Shown: one piece after another, positions 1 to 13,125 of the stretch
How positions within the stretch are numbered: the stretch's first letter is position 1
Layout of the letters: every line of letters starts with the position of its first letter
DNA from: Haliotis rubra
Taxonomy: Eukaryota
Length of the DNA stretch: 64,000 nt
Direction: 5' to 3'
Assembly: GCF_003918875.1 (NCBI RefSeq)
Contig: NW_025767213.1
Span: 2,418,001 to 2,482,000 of the forward strand
The notes under the pieces: model-generated
The model's database searches: none
The model's input: only the letters and a program-made list of their open reading frames with translations
Told to the model about the DNA's origin: nothing
Translations under genes and position numbers: made by a program

Positions 1-1171
1 GGGATATCTTCCAGGTGCTATATGAACAAAAAATCGTCAATGATCTGCTGCAAATATGAAGTCCACAACAGCTCCGTGTTTAACTCGCCAGGCTCAAGCC
101 AGCCGGACGGCCTAAGTACCAGCCAAGATGGCAGTGTTCAACTAGTTTCCCTCAACCGGAAATAACTGAGATAATGACACACTTGGACATATTGACTAGG
201 AATTACTTGGTCCATGTCTAATGGCAAATGACGGATTTACATGGTCAAGAGGAACACAATCACATCTGTTCAGAAAACGTATTGAGGGAGAGGTGAAGGG
301 CATGTGTGATTGTCCAAATGCTTCAAGAGTGTACTTAAAGTGCAGAAAGAGGAAAACATTTGTCTCCTTTTCAGTGGGGCTAATGTTTACGACACACCAA
401 GGTTTGTGTTTTCCTGACTGAGTTCAACCCTCTCAGACGACCCAGTGCCCAACAAACCTATTCACCTCACCATGGAATAATTGAGGTTATTGTTATATAT
501 GTTCCACAGGTCAGAGTTACTCCGATTTTTTCACCAAGACACTGTAGGAGAAAATAGTGCCTCGTTGGAAGAGGCTGTTCAGTTGGTTACACTTTGTATA
601 CAGTGACTAGTGGCAGCTTGGAAGAGATTGTTGTTGCATCTAATCATGTTCTCCAGCCTCTCATTATTTTATACCAAGGTCAAGGCCGTTCTGTATGTTT
701 CTGCTCGATACCTCTGGTGATGACCCTGTTGACATCAATGAAGGAAATAGGTGTGATCTGTGGCTATATGAGCACACACTATTACTTACTATTTGCTTAG
801 TCAGCGTATTTGAGTAGGTCTGGTGCTTTTACAATTTGAATATAAATATTTCCAAAGCTCACATGAGTATGTACGAATGAAGCGTTATTTACTTACCGGT
901 GATCACCTCTTAACGTTCTCAGTAACGGAAGTTCAAACTGTCTGTTTCAGTCACTAATCTAATTTATCTAACTATGAAATTTCATTTAAAAAAGCAATAA
1001 CTGACATGATAAAAGTACCCCAACATAGACACCAATCTGAGAGATCAGTGTTTCATACTGATGAGACATAGGATCGCAGTTTGAGTATACGTTGTGAAAA
1101 CATTGCATCACTAAAATAGCAAAATCCCTAAAATCCACAACATCGTCCAACGAAGTTTAGTCTTTGGCTTA

Positions 1172-1322
1172 GGGGCGATGGGGTAGCCTTGTGGTTAAAT
1201 CGTTCGCTCATTACGCCGGAGTCCCGATATGGGTACAATGCGTGAAGCACATTTCTGGCTGACCCAGCCTTGATATTGCTTGAATATGGCTTAAAGCGGC
1301 GTAAAACTAAACTCACTCACTC
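1172..1322 (+). mobile_element. tRNA-derived SINE, degenerate copy with (CACT)n tail
   Basis: GGGGCGATGGGGTAGCC head and AAAGCGGCGTAAAACTAAACTCACTCACTC tail; same family as 23159-23331. Confidence 0.85.
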
Positions 1323-2120
1323 TTCTTGGCAGGATTACGTGAATAGTCAGACAAATCGAACGGTTGGCACTGGTTACTGGTTAATTCTATACCTACCCTC
1401 CACATATCCATCAATAGTTGTACAAAGTCACAATCATATATTTACACAAATGCTGTCTTCAATATGTTGACTTCAATCTGAATCCTGTTTCGTTGATATG
1501 TGATCATTTCAAGGATACTTTGCCATGGCCATCTATTGCTAAGGAACGCTGAAGTTGTTAGTCGTATATTCACTGTTTTCTATGTTCTTAGAATTAGAAG
1601 TTCAAACACTGGAAATATCATGATATGAAATTCAGGCGAACCTTTACTTTCTGGTAGTCTTAATGCACTTCTTTCAAATGACCTGAAACTTGAACCGTAG
1701 CAATATAAACGATGTATCCTCAGTATGAGCCACAAAAATACACAAAATGTCTAGATTCCAGGAGGCAAGATATCGATAGATCAGAACAAATATCTTCACT
1801 GAAACAAGTGACAATTTAAACCATTCAACACAATTCATTCTACACAATGTTAGGAGCCTTAGAGGTGGCTTTTGGTTGCATTACATGTATAACGACAAAA
1901 GGCCAGAACAAACATCCTTCTGATAAAAAGTTAAAGCTCAAATCAAAAGGAATGTATTCCATGAAGATGTAGGACCTCCTTGCAGAATGGCATTTTCTAA
2001 TGTGTATATTCCAGCAACGAGAGTATTAATACATAATTATTATAACGAGTTGTTTGCTGGGGACAAGGAAATCCTACAGCATATTGGGGTGTCCACTAGT
2101 AATGAACGGACACATATATA

Positions 2121-2242
2121 CTCATGCCAATAATGGTTGTCACCCCCTTCAATTTTTTTAATTGGAGAGGGGTGTGGGGTGGGGTGTGAGGTGTGTGTAA
2201 GGTTGGGGTGGGGAGGGGGGTGACAACCATTATTGGCATGAG
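2121..2242. mobile_element. Tiny Tc1/mariner-type MITE
   Basis: ~26-bp TIRs CTCATGCCAATAATGGTTGTCACCCC / GGGGTGACAACCATTATTGGCATGAG flanked by TA; second copy at 43658-43762. Confidence 0.85.
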
Positions 2243-3039
2243 TATATATTACTAAACGAATCTTAGTTAGATATACCTTATTCCGTGTAATGTTTACAAA
2301 CACAATCCAGAGGACCACAAGAATACCACAGACAGGGATTACAAGTTATGTCTAAATACCGGAGGAGGTATTCATGCTGCCAACCATCCCAGAACCCTGA
2401 CAGCTAATTAATCCGGGATTTCCCCATGTCAGATTTTCACCGACGTGAAGGAGGGACGATTGACACACACTTGACTAATTGGGTTTTGTTCGAGGGAAGA
2501 TTAGAAAGGAAAGCAACTTCCACTGTTCCGACTGGATGCTCCATGGAATGTCAGCTCACTTTTGTGTGGACTGAGAACAGTGGGTAACTTTGGTGTTTAT
2601 TGTTTAACGTTGCGTTGTTTGCAGCAATATTCCAGCTATAGGACCAGACCGGACAATCCAGTGATTGATATAATGAGCATCGATCCAGAATAACTTTTAC
2701 AGATCACAGATTAAAGTGACTCTATGTAACATAGGTGAAAAGTAAAATGATTGTCCTGGCAACATCGTCATGCGTGTCGTGGTGCCTTCATATAAATATT
2801 CGTGTTGATTTTTTAAATAGAATAAAAACTAGAGAATCCTAGACCATAGTAATGTTGTCGACCTTACAAAAACAAGCAGAAGATGACAGAATTATCCCAA
2901 GTTCGACCATGCGACAACGGGACATTTTTACCATTTGGTATCTGATGGTGAGTTCTTATGCGGACAAAAAATGTTGTTGATAACAACGATAAAATATTAC
3001 TTGTAGATTGCTTCATGAAATAATGAATTTATATCCAAA

Positions 3040-3545
3040 ATATAATTTCCTTACATGACGTTATCTCAATATTTGATCTCCGTGAAATACCAAAGGGACA
3101 TGCAGATGAATGCGTGTCGTGTCCAAAGCGCAAAATCAAATTTGCTTGGCAAATGTAAGGTCACGTGACGTGCCACATCAGCGCCCTCTGCCCCGAGCTT
3201 GACGTCAAGGGGGTGATTCCATCTTACAAATGCTTCGTGAGAGCTGGAGCAGGGAAACAATGAATAAATCAAATAAAGTGGCTACAGGAGACTACAGGTT
3301 TGGCCAGCACTTGCTCTGCGGGTCGACTGGCAACAGCAAGGAATTGGTGTTACTAATTCCTGCCATATTCTTCCTTATCAGACAGCGTCCGCCGGCAATA
3401 AACATGTCTGGGACTACTGACAAGGTCACGTGATCCAGAGTACCAATATTTCCGCAGTATTGGTTTTCTGTTTTTATATCGAACTTAGGCCTGTTATACT
3501 GACAGGAGATCACTGGATTAGGCCATTTAGTCAATACAGTGTGAT
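3040..3545. promoter_or_regulatory. Conserved module A2, copy 1 of 5 (putative cis-regulatory module or very old pseudogene)
   Basis: GTCACGTGAC, TGACGTCA, AACAATGAATAAATCAAATAAAGTGG and CAAGGTCACGTGA shared in order with 12250-12620, 22540-23120, 33930-34460 and 43560-44280. Confidence 0.55.
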
Positions 3546-4055
3546 CATTTATGCGAGGAAAACCAGTTTCATAGTTAACAATCAAGCTAGACCAACATCT
3601 ACTCTCTAAAGGGAAAATATTTTAGAGATAAACAGTTCTGAAATTAACTTAAATTTAATAAAAAAAAGGTTCCCCCAGCGACTTTCAAACCGAACTGTTG
3701 TAATCTGGACTTGCCTCATATTATAGACTGGCATGGGCTTCCTTGGATTTATTGTTTTCTGGGTCTGTATGGCAGACGACAATGAAGCAACACACGTGAT
3801 GTATACGCTCTGATACATCTGAACTCCACGGAAGTGTACCCAGTTTGTGGACGCAAGCACAATCTTAACACAGACTACGGGTGCAAATCGTTTTTGCAAG
3901 TAGAACATAAATGCTGAAAACATCATGTCACGTAAGAAACAAAAACATTATAGAATACATAGTGCACCCAAGTGATATACATACATATTCACAAAGTGCA
4001 TTCTTTTATTTGAACATATATGGCCTCATTCCGTAAATGAACCTGGACTTCCTCT

Positions 4056-7000
4056 TCAACGGTGAACGAGATCATTATCCTCATCCTGAAAGTAAAACAA
4101 AACTTCATCAAGGGTGATAACTCTGTATCTAAATCTGTATCTGTCTATCTTTGTATCTATCTCTGCGTCCATCCGTGTCTGTCTATCTATCTGTCTATCT
4201 ATCTATCTGTCTGTCTATCTGTCTGTACATCTGTCTATACATCTGTCTATACATCTGTGCAACTTTACATAACATACATGCTCATTTACCCCGACCCTGT
4301 TTGTTACAGTCGGGGTGTTGAAGCCCTCAAGGCTGTGGCTTTACGTGATAGGTGTCCTGCTACCACCATACTCCCTTGTATCCGTATATGTCTATAATGT
4401 CGGATATAAATAATCCCAAACATGTTCAGGTATTATACCTATACCACATGATATCTTAAATGTCTTCCCTCAAACCTATTCATTAAACGCTGTTTGACAA
4501 ATTGTTCTTCCAAGGATCAATATACCAATTGTAATGAGTTTATAAGTTAATAAGGATTTTTGTGACAAATATAAATACATGTATATAAGAAATTGCCACG
4601 AAGAGTATATATTTTAAAGGAAGAATTTTTTTTTTTTTGGGTGGTAATGATGATTAATTATTGATAGAAGTGACATTGTTGGAGTTGACGTTCTGGCAAA
4701 TTGACAGCAGCGTCAGGGAATGCGTCTAAAATAACATATCATTATACATATTCCCTGGTTTGACATATTCCTTGTAACATATAAATACAAATATTAATAT
4801 CTACACATTCAGCCAATAAATGATGTTCACAAAGAAAGATAGAAACATGGTGAGAAGCGTATAAGTAATGTAATCATTTTATAGGCAATAAAGCGGAATT
4901 ATCACCATGGCGGAGATAAACTAAACATTTTAAAGATTTCGAAATGATGAAAAAAAAATATAACCTAGGACATATAAGGTCGTTCACAAATACACACATA
5001 GATATAAACAAGCAATTTTAACTATTGACAAGATTAACATGTAATTGTTTGTTCAAAAACACTGTAAACTGTTGACTTCAAACTCGATTTAGTGCCGAGT
5101 GCGACATTGAAGTCAAGGTTAGGTTAGACAACAAGTACAAACAATGAAATTAACAGAAAATAGACCCAACACCCTTAAGTATATGTGTTAACTAATCCAG
5201 AAAGCCACAATATACACAAGGTCAAAACAATTTTTATTAACAACTTAAAACACTGGAGAAATAAAAGAACCTAAAATAGATCAAATGTATTTACAACCAA
5301 ACTAAATAGGAACGCTAGTGTCAGTCACAATCGAATACGTACGGGGAATGATGTGTCACGAAGCAGCAATAGCATTAAAACGTCATTCTTGTTCTCGTAG
5401 TTGAAAGCAGTGGTACTAATTCAGTTGCCTGTGTAAACATAACAAGGGCATTATCTGATGTGTGGTCATTAAAATACGAAGATAAAACTAGTACACGGAC
5501 ATAAAAAAGACAGGTTTTTTTTTGCCTGAAGCACCAAAACAATTAATTTAGAGCAAACCAAACGAATTCTTTTACCATTCTTTTTACTGACAAGGCATCT
5601 CACTTCCCAGTGAAACATTTCTTAAATTTCAAGTTCCCATCCATTATCACAAATGCTCTTTCAAGCACAACAAAGAGTTAGGATAAAGTATTGCTTTTTC
5701 AGTAAATAATAATATCTGAGTACTCAAGGCAGGCAAATCGAGAATGATTACATCGAAATTACTGACTATGGTCCCTTGCAGTGTATGAGGCTCCTAAAAA
5801 ACCAGGAAGCCCACTTTGACATGTGCAAAAGCAAATTTAACGGCGGACAATGCTGCTCACGGAAATATTCGAAGATGTCAACGACAGTTCTGTATTTACC
5901 TAACGAAGCTCGAGCCACCCAGACGGCCCAAATACCAGCCAAGGTGGCGTCCATCAACGTGTTTCCCTCAACCGGAAGTAATTGAGATATTGGTTAAATG
6001 GTTAGACACTGGGAAAAATGACCACCATCTTGGATGTTCAGAGCTCGGACATATTGATTAGGACTTACTATTTACTTGGTCAACGCCAAATTAAAGATAA
6101 ATACATTCAGATCTAATAATAATATACATGAGGAAAAGTTGCATTCTTTACTGCGTGGTTACTTAAAGAACATCAATAAGGTATGTTCAAAATGTCTATT
6201 TAATAGTAAATTGCATAATTATGAGTCATATATACTTTTGACATAAAGAAAGGATCTTGATTTCAGCCTTAGAAAGTCATGCCTTGTTGTGAACAGAGAT
6301 ATGGTCATATCTTGGATATAGACTTAACAACATCACTAAAAACATCTATTAATTATCACAATCGCTCAACCCAAATATTACCACTTCTTCAGTTTCACAC
6401 TGTGTATCCCAAGATGCTCATGCTGTTGATCACTGGATTGTCTGGTCCAGACTCGATCTACTAATACATACAACATTATGTGAAACTACACTGTTTGATT
6501 CAGACCAGATGAATTACTCTTTAAGTACTCAAGTTCTATGCCGTCGACTATTTTGCTGTCCAAGTTAGACTACAGTCAAGGATGACAATGGAACGCTGAA
6601 TATAGTTTTGCTGTAGCCAATATTTAGCTCTTCGGGGACAAACATTGTAATCAAACAAGTTCATATCAGATGTAGGTGGGAAAACAGTGAATGGTAGACA
6701 GCCATTAAACCGCCATTAAATGACATGGAAACGGGGCGGTCAAACATAAGTATTAGTAATCTTAATCAAATGTTAGATCAGTCTTAGGGTCCACTATCAA
6801 ATTTCTATCACGATAGAGTTCGAAACTACAGGAATAGGAATTAAACGAACCCTCTGCTTCCCAAAAAATGATATGCCGATGTGATATACTGAAGCAATTA
6901 TACACTCGTCACAGCTTCTTTGACGTGACTTCTACAGGTGAGAAACATATATGGGGTGGCATTGGCTTGGGTTAGGTGACATGACATTAGTTTTGTTGAA

Positions 7001-10000
7001 GAGGTTCGTTCTAACAGGCAAATGTACAGTTAGGCTGGGCTGGTAAAATCTTTCACAGCAAAAATAACTTAGTTTCCGTTTTTGCGGAAACCTAACGGAT
7101 ACTGGGTAATGTAGGTTTCCGCTAGGTTTCAGTATCCGGAAACAGACAATGCGAGTTTCCGCATAGTTTACAAAACTGAAACTAACAAATCTAGATTTCC
7201 GTCAAGTTTCTACAACTGAAACTATCATTATGCGTTTCCATTTAGTTTCAGTTCGCTGAAACATTCAAAGAGAAATGACTTTGTTTCCGCTATTGCGGAA
7301 ACCTATTGGATACTGGGTAATGTAGGTTTCCGCTAGGTTTCTGTTGGTTTCAGCTTAGATGAAATGGCAAACTTATAATTAGCTTTGTGCTGTTCCATTG
7401 GGGGACTATATTTACTTATTGTTACATTTGCAAGATAATTTCTGTTTACAGAATCCAGTTAGGGTCAATGCAGGAAGCAAAAGTACTGTTCGTGCCGTAG
7501 TCCCTAGTATGTTGATTAACCTTCAGGTGTTGGCAATCTATAGCTCATTTTTTATACTGTACCGGTAAAGTGTTTATGGTTACATGCCAGTTTTTAGTGT
7601 ACATTTGTGATAGATTAGTTATTTTACTGTCCTTCGAAGACATGTAAGTATATAAGTTTGTTTTTATTTCATGTACACATTTACAAATTTAGAGTTACGA
7701 CTTTCATAGTCACGATATGGCTACCGATGTGACTATGCAACTCACTCACTACCATTCTGCATAACTTGTGAATGTACAATTTATTACATTGTACCCGAAA
7801 AACAACAAACACAGTGACACATGCACTGTTATGATTCATCTGTTTCATTATTGTGAATAGCTCACATTTCANNNNNNNNNNNNNNNNNNNNNNNNNNNNN
7901 NNNNNNNNNNNNNNNNNNNNNNNNNNNNNNNNNNNNNNNNNNNNNNNNNNNNNNNNNNNNNNNNNNNNNNNNNNNNNNNNNNNNNNNNNNNNNNNNNNNN
8001 NNNNNGGGAATTTTCAGCATTGGAGAAAACAAATTCTGTATGAATATGCAAATACAAATATGTCAAAACCCTACAACATTTTATGCATATGATGAAATGA
8101 GGTCTACTAGTGCAGGCATAACATATTTGCTGTGGTATTTATAAAACAGATTTCAAATTCAAATTCAAATGTTTATTGTATGAAAGGTCATGGGCCCATA
8201 TACATATACATGAAGTGTACATTTGAAGCTGTCTCAATGTATCTTAACATATACACACTAACAATCTCACATAGTAAAGACTTGGCAACTTGCTTACAAC
8301 CATGAAGCTTCTGTTGCACTCACACTGAGCAGCCAACAATCCTCTGATGTGGTACATATGACGCAGAGCCTTGAGTTGAGCCTGAGTTTTGCCACACAGA
8401 AAGGGGAAATATAACCAAGTTGATTACAACAAGGCTTGAACCAGTCCACAACCGCAAACAGATGGTGTATGCTCTACTTAAGATTTGTGGGTGAATATGA
8501 AGAGTCCTGGTTGATGTCTGGCACAACATCGTTGCCATCCTTATCATCCCACACAGACTCTTCATCATCCTGCAAATACAATACATACAATGCTTAGTAA
8601 AACTGCAAAACAGCCAAAGTAACACATTTATACATATTCATAAACATGCACAGTGGTACATCTGATCACAATGAAATTATATAATTAGAACGACTAATTT
8701 GTATATGTAACCAAAATATTTTTTTTCACAATCACAAAGGAAAGATATGTAGTATACATGTATATTGTATCTTCCATTTGACATGTCACTTATTTTATTG
8801 ATTGGTACCAGAAAATAGCAGCCAACCCAGTATTCTGAAGCAAATTGTTGTAATATTTATTACTGTTACTGTACTCATATTCAAGGTAACATCTACTACC
8901 AAATCGCCAATTGAAATCGAAGCATATGTAAAACGGTACATACATATTTTAAATAGATACGAATTATGTTTAAACACTGAATGTAACACATAATTATATA
9001 TGTGATCTTATTCAAATTGAAATGACCAACTCAACTGAGAAAAGCATACAAAACCTAACATTTCCATGAATGAAAATCGTGGGTATTTCTTAGTTTTATC
9101 AACTCTCTAAGGAAACATTCCCAGCAATATAGTAACATAAAATATTATTTTTTATGTGACCTTTAATTTAATTTAAAACTGTAAAATGTGTAACACAACT
9201 TATTCACTTTCAGTTACAGTTACATATCTGGTATACAATAATTACACTCTTGCTCGACAACGGTATAAGAATCCATACCGAAACGTCGCATCATATATAA
9301 TAAAGAAGTTGTTATCCATAAACTCTCTTACTTTCTTATTTGTCACCAACTTCTAAATGCCAATCAAACAAATTACAATAATTAAATATATTCATTATTG
9401 ATATATGATGGATAGCAATGGGATAGATCAAACTGAAGTCGTTAAATGAAACCTATGAAGTGAAGTATTTTGGACTAACCTGATGAGAAACTGCCGTCCA
9501 TTCCAGACGATTCCTTGTTTCCTTGTTTCCGACTGGCAGTGCGGACAGAAAACTGGGTCTTTTTCTTGGAACTGAAAAACATATCAACATATCCTTACTT
9601 ATGAAAGTGTAATCCCATATATAACATATGTTAAACTTATGGTTACACTGGAATCCACGCACTGTTACATTTTGAGTGATTATATTTTTCACAAAGATAA
9701 AGAAATTTATTCTATGTATCTATTTAGTGTTTATTTGTTTTTGACTAAATGCTGATGAATAAAAAATATTGTTTTAAGATTTTCTTTAATGAAATTAGGA
9801 GCATGGTATGGTGTAACTATAAATGATTACCAAGCCAAGCCAAATAACAAAGCAATGTTCTTCTGACAGATCTTGCACGGGAATAACTGCAACTCAGCTG
9901 TATATTTCCTATGTATACAAAGTGTAATTAGAACGGGACATCTCATCATTACGATTGACCAGTTTGAAATTTATACGTGGATACAGGGTAACGTACTTAC

Positions 10001-10166
10001 GTAATTTGTTGAGTAAAGGCAACGGTAGGGGCGCACATGTCAACTTTTGAGGATTTGAATAGAATGGGAAACAAACAAACATATACTTACTGTCACCGAA
10101 CCTCACCCCTGTGATGACAGCAATGGTAAGCGCAGCCAAAACTACGAAAAGCAGTAACTTCGCCAT
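4056..10166 (-). CDS. Putative 3-exon gene for a small secreted peptide precursor (exons 10166-10091, 9571-9480, 4085-4056): MAKLLLFVVLAALTIAVITG-VRFGDIPRKRPSFLSALPVGNKETRNRLEWTAVSHQDEDNDLVHR
   Basis: Classic 20-aa signal peptide; CATAAA box and TCATTC Inr upstream; ataATGG context; canonical splice sites A|gtaagt, tttttcag|, CAG|gttagt, actttcag| with matching phases 1 and 0; AATAAA at 4005-4010. Exon 3 is less certain (alternative acidic exon 8569-8474; assembly gap in the intron). Confidence 0.62.
4120..4258. repeat. (TCTA/TCTG)n microsatellite
   Basis: Visible tetranucleotide repeat. Confidence 0.9.
4847..5470 (+). pseudogene. Highly eroded copy of family-D cytokine-like pseudogene
   Basis: ATGGTGAGAAGCGTATAAGTAAT resembles the D exon-1 region at 24385; TATAAATA at ~4780; TGCCTGTGTAAACATAACAAGGGCATTATCTG matches 25635-25665. 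Confidence 0.3.
7056..7345. mobile_element. Probable DNA-transposon terminus with palindromic subterminal repeats
   Basis: Repeated GTTTCCG...CGGAAAC palindromes; ~60-bp unit at 7071 and 7283; adjacent to the gap. Confidence 0.5.
7872..8005. other. Assembly gap
   Basis: Run of N. Confidence 1.
9251..9365 (+). mobile_element. Penelope-like terminal-repeat fragment with degenerate hammerhead motif
   Basis: TGC-[TCGACAA]C-GGTAT/ATACC stem-GAAACGTC-GCA; shares AGAAGTTGTTATCCAT and CCAACTTCTAAATGCC with 41520-41580. Confidence 0.6.
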
Positions 10167-12249
10167 TATCGCTGGAAGCTTGTCACAGAATGAGTCTTTA
10201 CATTTCACAAGCCATTTATGTACCCGTGTATGGGGAACACCCTCTCAAACATTCAGATACTATGGGGTGCTGAAAGGGACACATTTGTTGAAAGTAGGGA
10301 TCGAGCATATGCATGTTTTTCTGTTGGTGGTCTGTCTATCAAAGTTGAATGTGTGAAATTTTCTTTGTGATATGATTGCATAATGTATTGCCATTTTGTG
10401 TTGGTCATCCTTATTGTACAATCCTCACACCGTTTCACAAAACGTTCCCAGCGCTACAATTATCATATGCATAAAGCTTACACTTTCAAACACAGACTTA
10501 CGACATTCGTAGCTATGCCTCTTTGTGAAACACTGGAACTTGGATAAGTGTTAGACGTCTTGGAGTAAGTTGCTTTTGGTACATGCAGTACGTGTTGGTG
10601 TTGTGAGACTCTGAGGGTTGAGGATATGGCTGTGATGGGAATGGTTCTGTCCATGCAAGTATCTACGGTTATCATGTCGTTTTGTTAAAATACGTCATGA
10701 AAGCATGATGTCTCGCCTTGGGTTTGTGGTCTTATTTGACAGGTCGTTAAATGTCACATTCTCAACTTCAGAGAGAACTGCTATGTATTAGAAAGAAACC
10801 CGGCGTTCTGAAACTGTTTCCACGTGTACAGGTCAAGATCCTGAAAATGGTCCCTACAGTATTCCATACGATGACGCTTACAATACGCCGTATAGGTGCA
10901 GATCATTGACAAGTACCTATCAGATATCTCCTGGTTTTAACCCTTTACTAAATCCTTTCAGGGTATATAAACAAGACACGATTCAGTCACCAGTTAAGCA
11001 AAACACAATATGTAGGTAATCGGTAATGTCAATACTGACTGTTATAAACCAATCACGAGCGAATATAAGAACTGGGTGACTGAGTAATCGTGTTTGGTAG
11101 ATTTCCGAGAGAACGAAGAGAGCATATGAATAACCTAAATACTTGTGTACACCCCCTTCCCCTTTTCCCGCTCACACACACACACAGGTAGAGATACACA
11201 CAGACACACAAACATAATAACGTCTCTATCACCTGTTGATTCCCAAGTTGAAAGGAAAATTTAGCCAGGAATCAGTCCGTACAAAAGCATAGGTGCGAAA
11301 CAAACAAACAAACAAAATGGCAATGTGATATATTAACAGTTGTATCCTAAAATTAACTAAGTTTACAAATGGATACACGTCTCTACAAAGGTATGGCAGT
11401 GGTAGTACAAAGTAGAGTGGCAGTATATTCAGAGGCAGTATATTCAGAGGCAGTCTATTACAAACGGAGTGATGATAGCAATAAAGTCAGAGGTGGTAAT
11501 ATTCACCTTACTGCAACAATGGTGAAGTTTTAAACATAATTGAGTATACAGGGTAAATATGATCTCCACACAATTCCTGGTCTTCTTGTAACTTGAGATG
11601 AAATGTGAGATGAGTGGCAAGAGCTCACTCTCCAGAAGATTCTGTGTGCTCCCTGGGTCAGAATATAGTGGAACCGCCTATACGGTGGTAGTACCCTGTA
11701 CCTCCCCGAACTCTGTCTAAATAAAACACACCACAACCCCTCACTGATCATTTGTATACCTAAATAAAAAACATGTGAATTGTACCACTGTACATACTAT
11801 ATCCTCTATCAACAATAGCAAAAATAGAAGATGTTCCTGATTCAGGGAGGCTTGATCTCTGTATTGAATACCTTCAGTCCCATAAAAATGAGATATGTTG
11901 AAATATGCTGCATCCGATACCACACCTGCAAACGCCAGATACATTGACAAAAGGTCTAAGCTGGGTTTTCGTGTTAAAATATCAAGAATTTTTATACATG
12001 TGCCGATAGATCGTGTCTGTGTATCTAAGGACTTCGATTCAGCCCGAGTCATCGTCATCTCCCCAGACTCAGAAACAGTTCGTGACCTGGTGTTTGATGT
12101 TATCCATTTTATGAACTATACCTAATAGATATGTAGATTGCTATGGATAGTCCTGTCCGTTAGAAATAACAAGATTGTTATTTCTCTACAAGACAATATC
12201 TTGATATTAACTCGTGTCACGTCTTAAGTGCAAACTTTCTTCGCAAGTG

Positions 12250-12620
12250 CGAGGTAGCGCCCCCTCTCTCCTGTGACTGACGTCAAGAGCGGTTACTCTG
12301 ATATCTTCTAAATGTGTTGCGAGAGCGGAAACAATGAATAAATCAAATAAAGTGGCTGATGCAGGCTTAGGTTTGACCAGCACTTGCTGTTGAGGTTGAT
12401 GGGTACTAGCATAGATTTGACCTTACTGATTCCTGCCATACTTTAGTAAGCAGACTGCGTTCGTCAGCAATAAACATGTCTCGGACTATTGGCAAGGCCA
12501 CGTGACACAGTACCAATGTTTCCGCTTTGTTAGTGTTTTTACTTAAACCAAGCTTAAGTCCGGAGATCAGGACAGGACAGGAGATCAGCGGATCAGGCCA
12601 TTTAGTCAACACACTGTTCA
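12250..12620. promoter_or_regulatory. Conserved module A2, copy 2
   Basis: TGACGTCAAG, AACAATGAATAAATCAAATAAAGTGG and CACGTGAC in the same order as the other copies. Confidence 0.55.
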
Positions 12621-12729
12621 TAGAATCAAATCAGCCATGTCAAAGAGAAACAATGTCAGTGCTGTCTGTGATCATTCTGCTGACATGTGAGGAAAACTGC
12701 TTTGTACACGTAAATGCTGTTGAATTTTG

Positions 12730-12930
12730 ATTTGTTTGTTGTTTAACACCGCACTCAGATATATTCCAGCTATATGGCGGCGGTCTGTAAATAATCGAGT
12801 CTGGATCAGACAATCCAATGATCAACATCATGAGCATCTACAGTGTGAAAGAGAAGTGGTAATATTTGGGTTGAGCGATTGTGATAATTGATAGATGTCG
12901 GGACCAGACAATCCAGTGATTGACATTATT
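12730..12930 (-). mobile_element. SINE 3' fragments (same family as 31093-31291); an inverted copy with the same junction lies at 6340-6457
   Basis: ATATTCCAGCTATATGGCGGCGGTCTGTAAATAATCGAGTCTGG...CAGACAATCCA. Confidence 0.75.
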
Positions 12931-12938
12931 TCGTGGAA

Positions 12939-13125
12939 GCCGCGGTGGCTGAGCGGGTTAGGCGTCTGACTTTGTGTGCTGGCGATTAGGTGCCTGACTC
13001 TGAGAGTGTGGGTTCGAATCCCGGATGGGACTCAACCCAAAAAGTACTAGCATCTGTACTTTACTAAGAAAGTGTAATCCCAAATATAACATATGTTACA
13101 TTTGACCACTTTCTAAAATGGCATT
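12939..13125 (+). mobile_element. tRNA-headed SINE-like element (not a functional tRNA)
   Basis: A box TGGCTGAGCGG and B box GGTTCGAATCC but no acceptor stem; tail AAAGTGTAATCCCA.ATATAACATATGTTA recurs at ~9600. Confidence 0.65.

Noticed and set aside
11530-12125. Short ORFs upstream of the peptide gene
   Set aside because: No recognisable motifs; the right part is homologous to the eroded A1-A2 spacer of other units.
12939-13015. tRNA gene
   Set aside because: A/B boxes only; no acceptor stem or cloverleaf; continues into a repeated tail.
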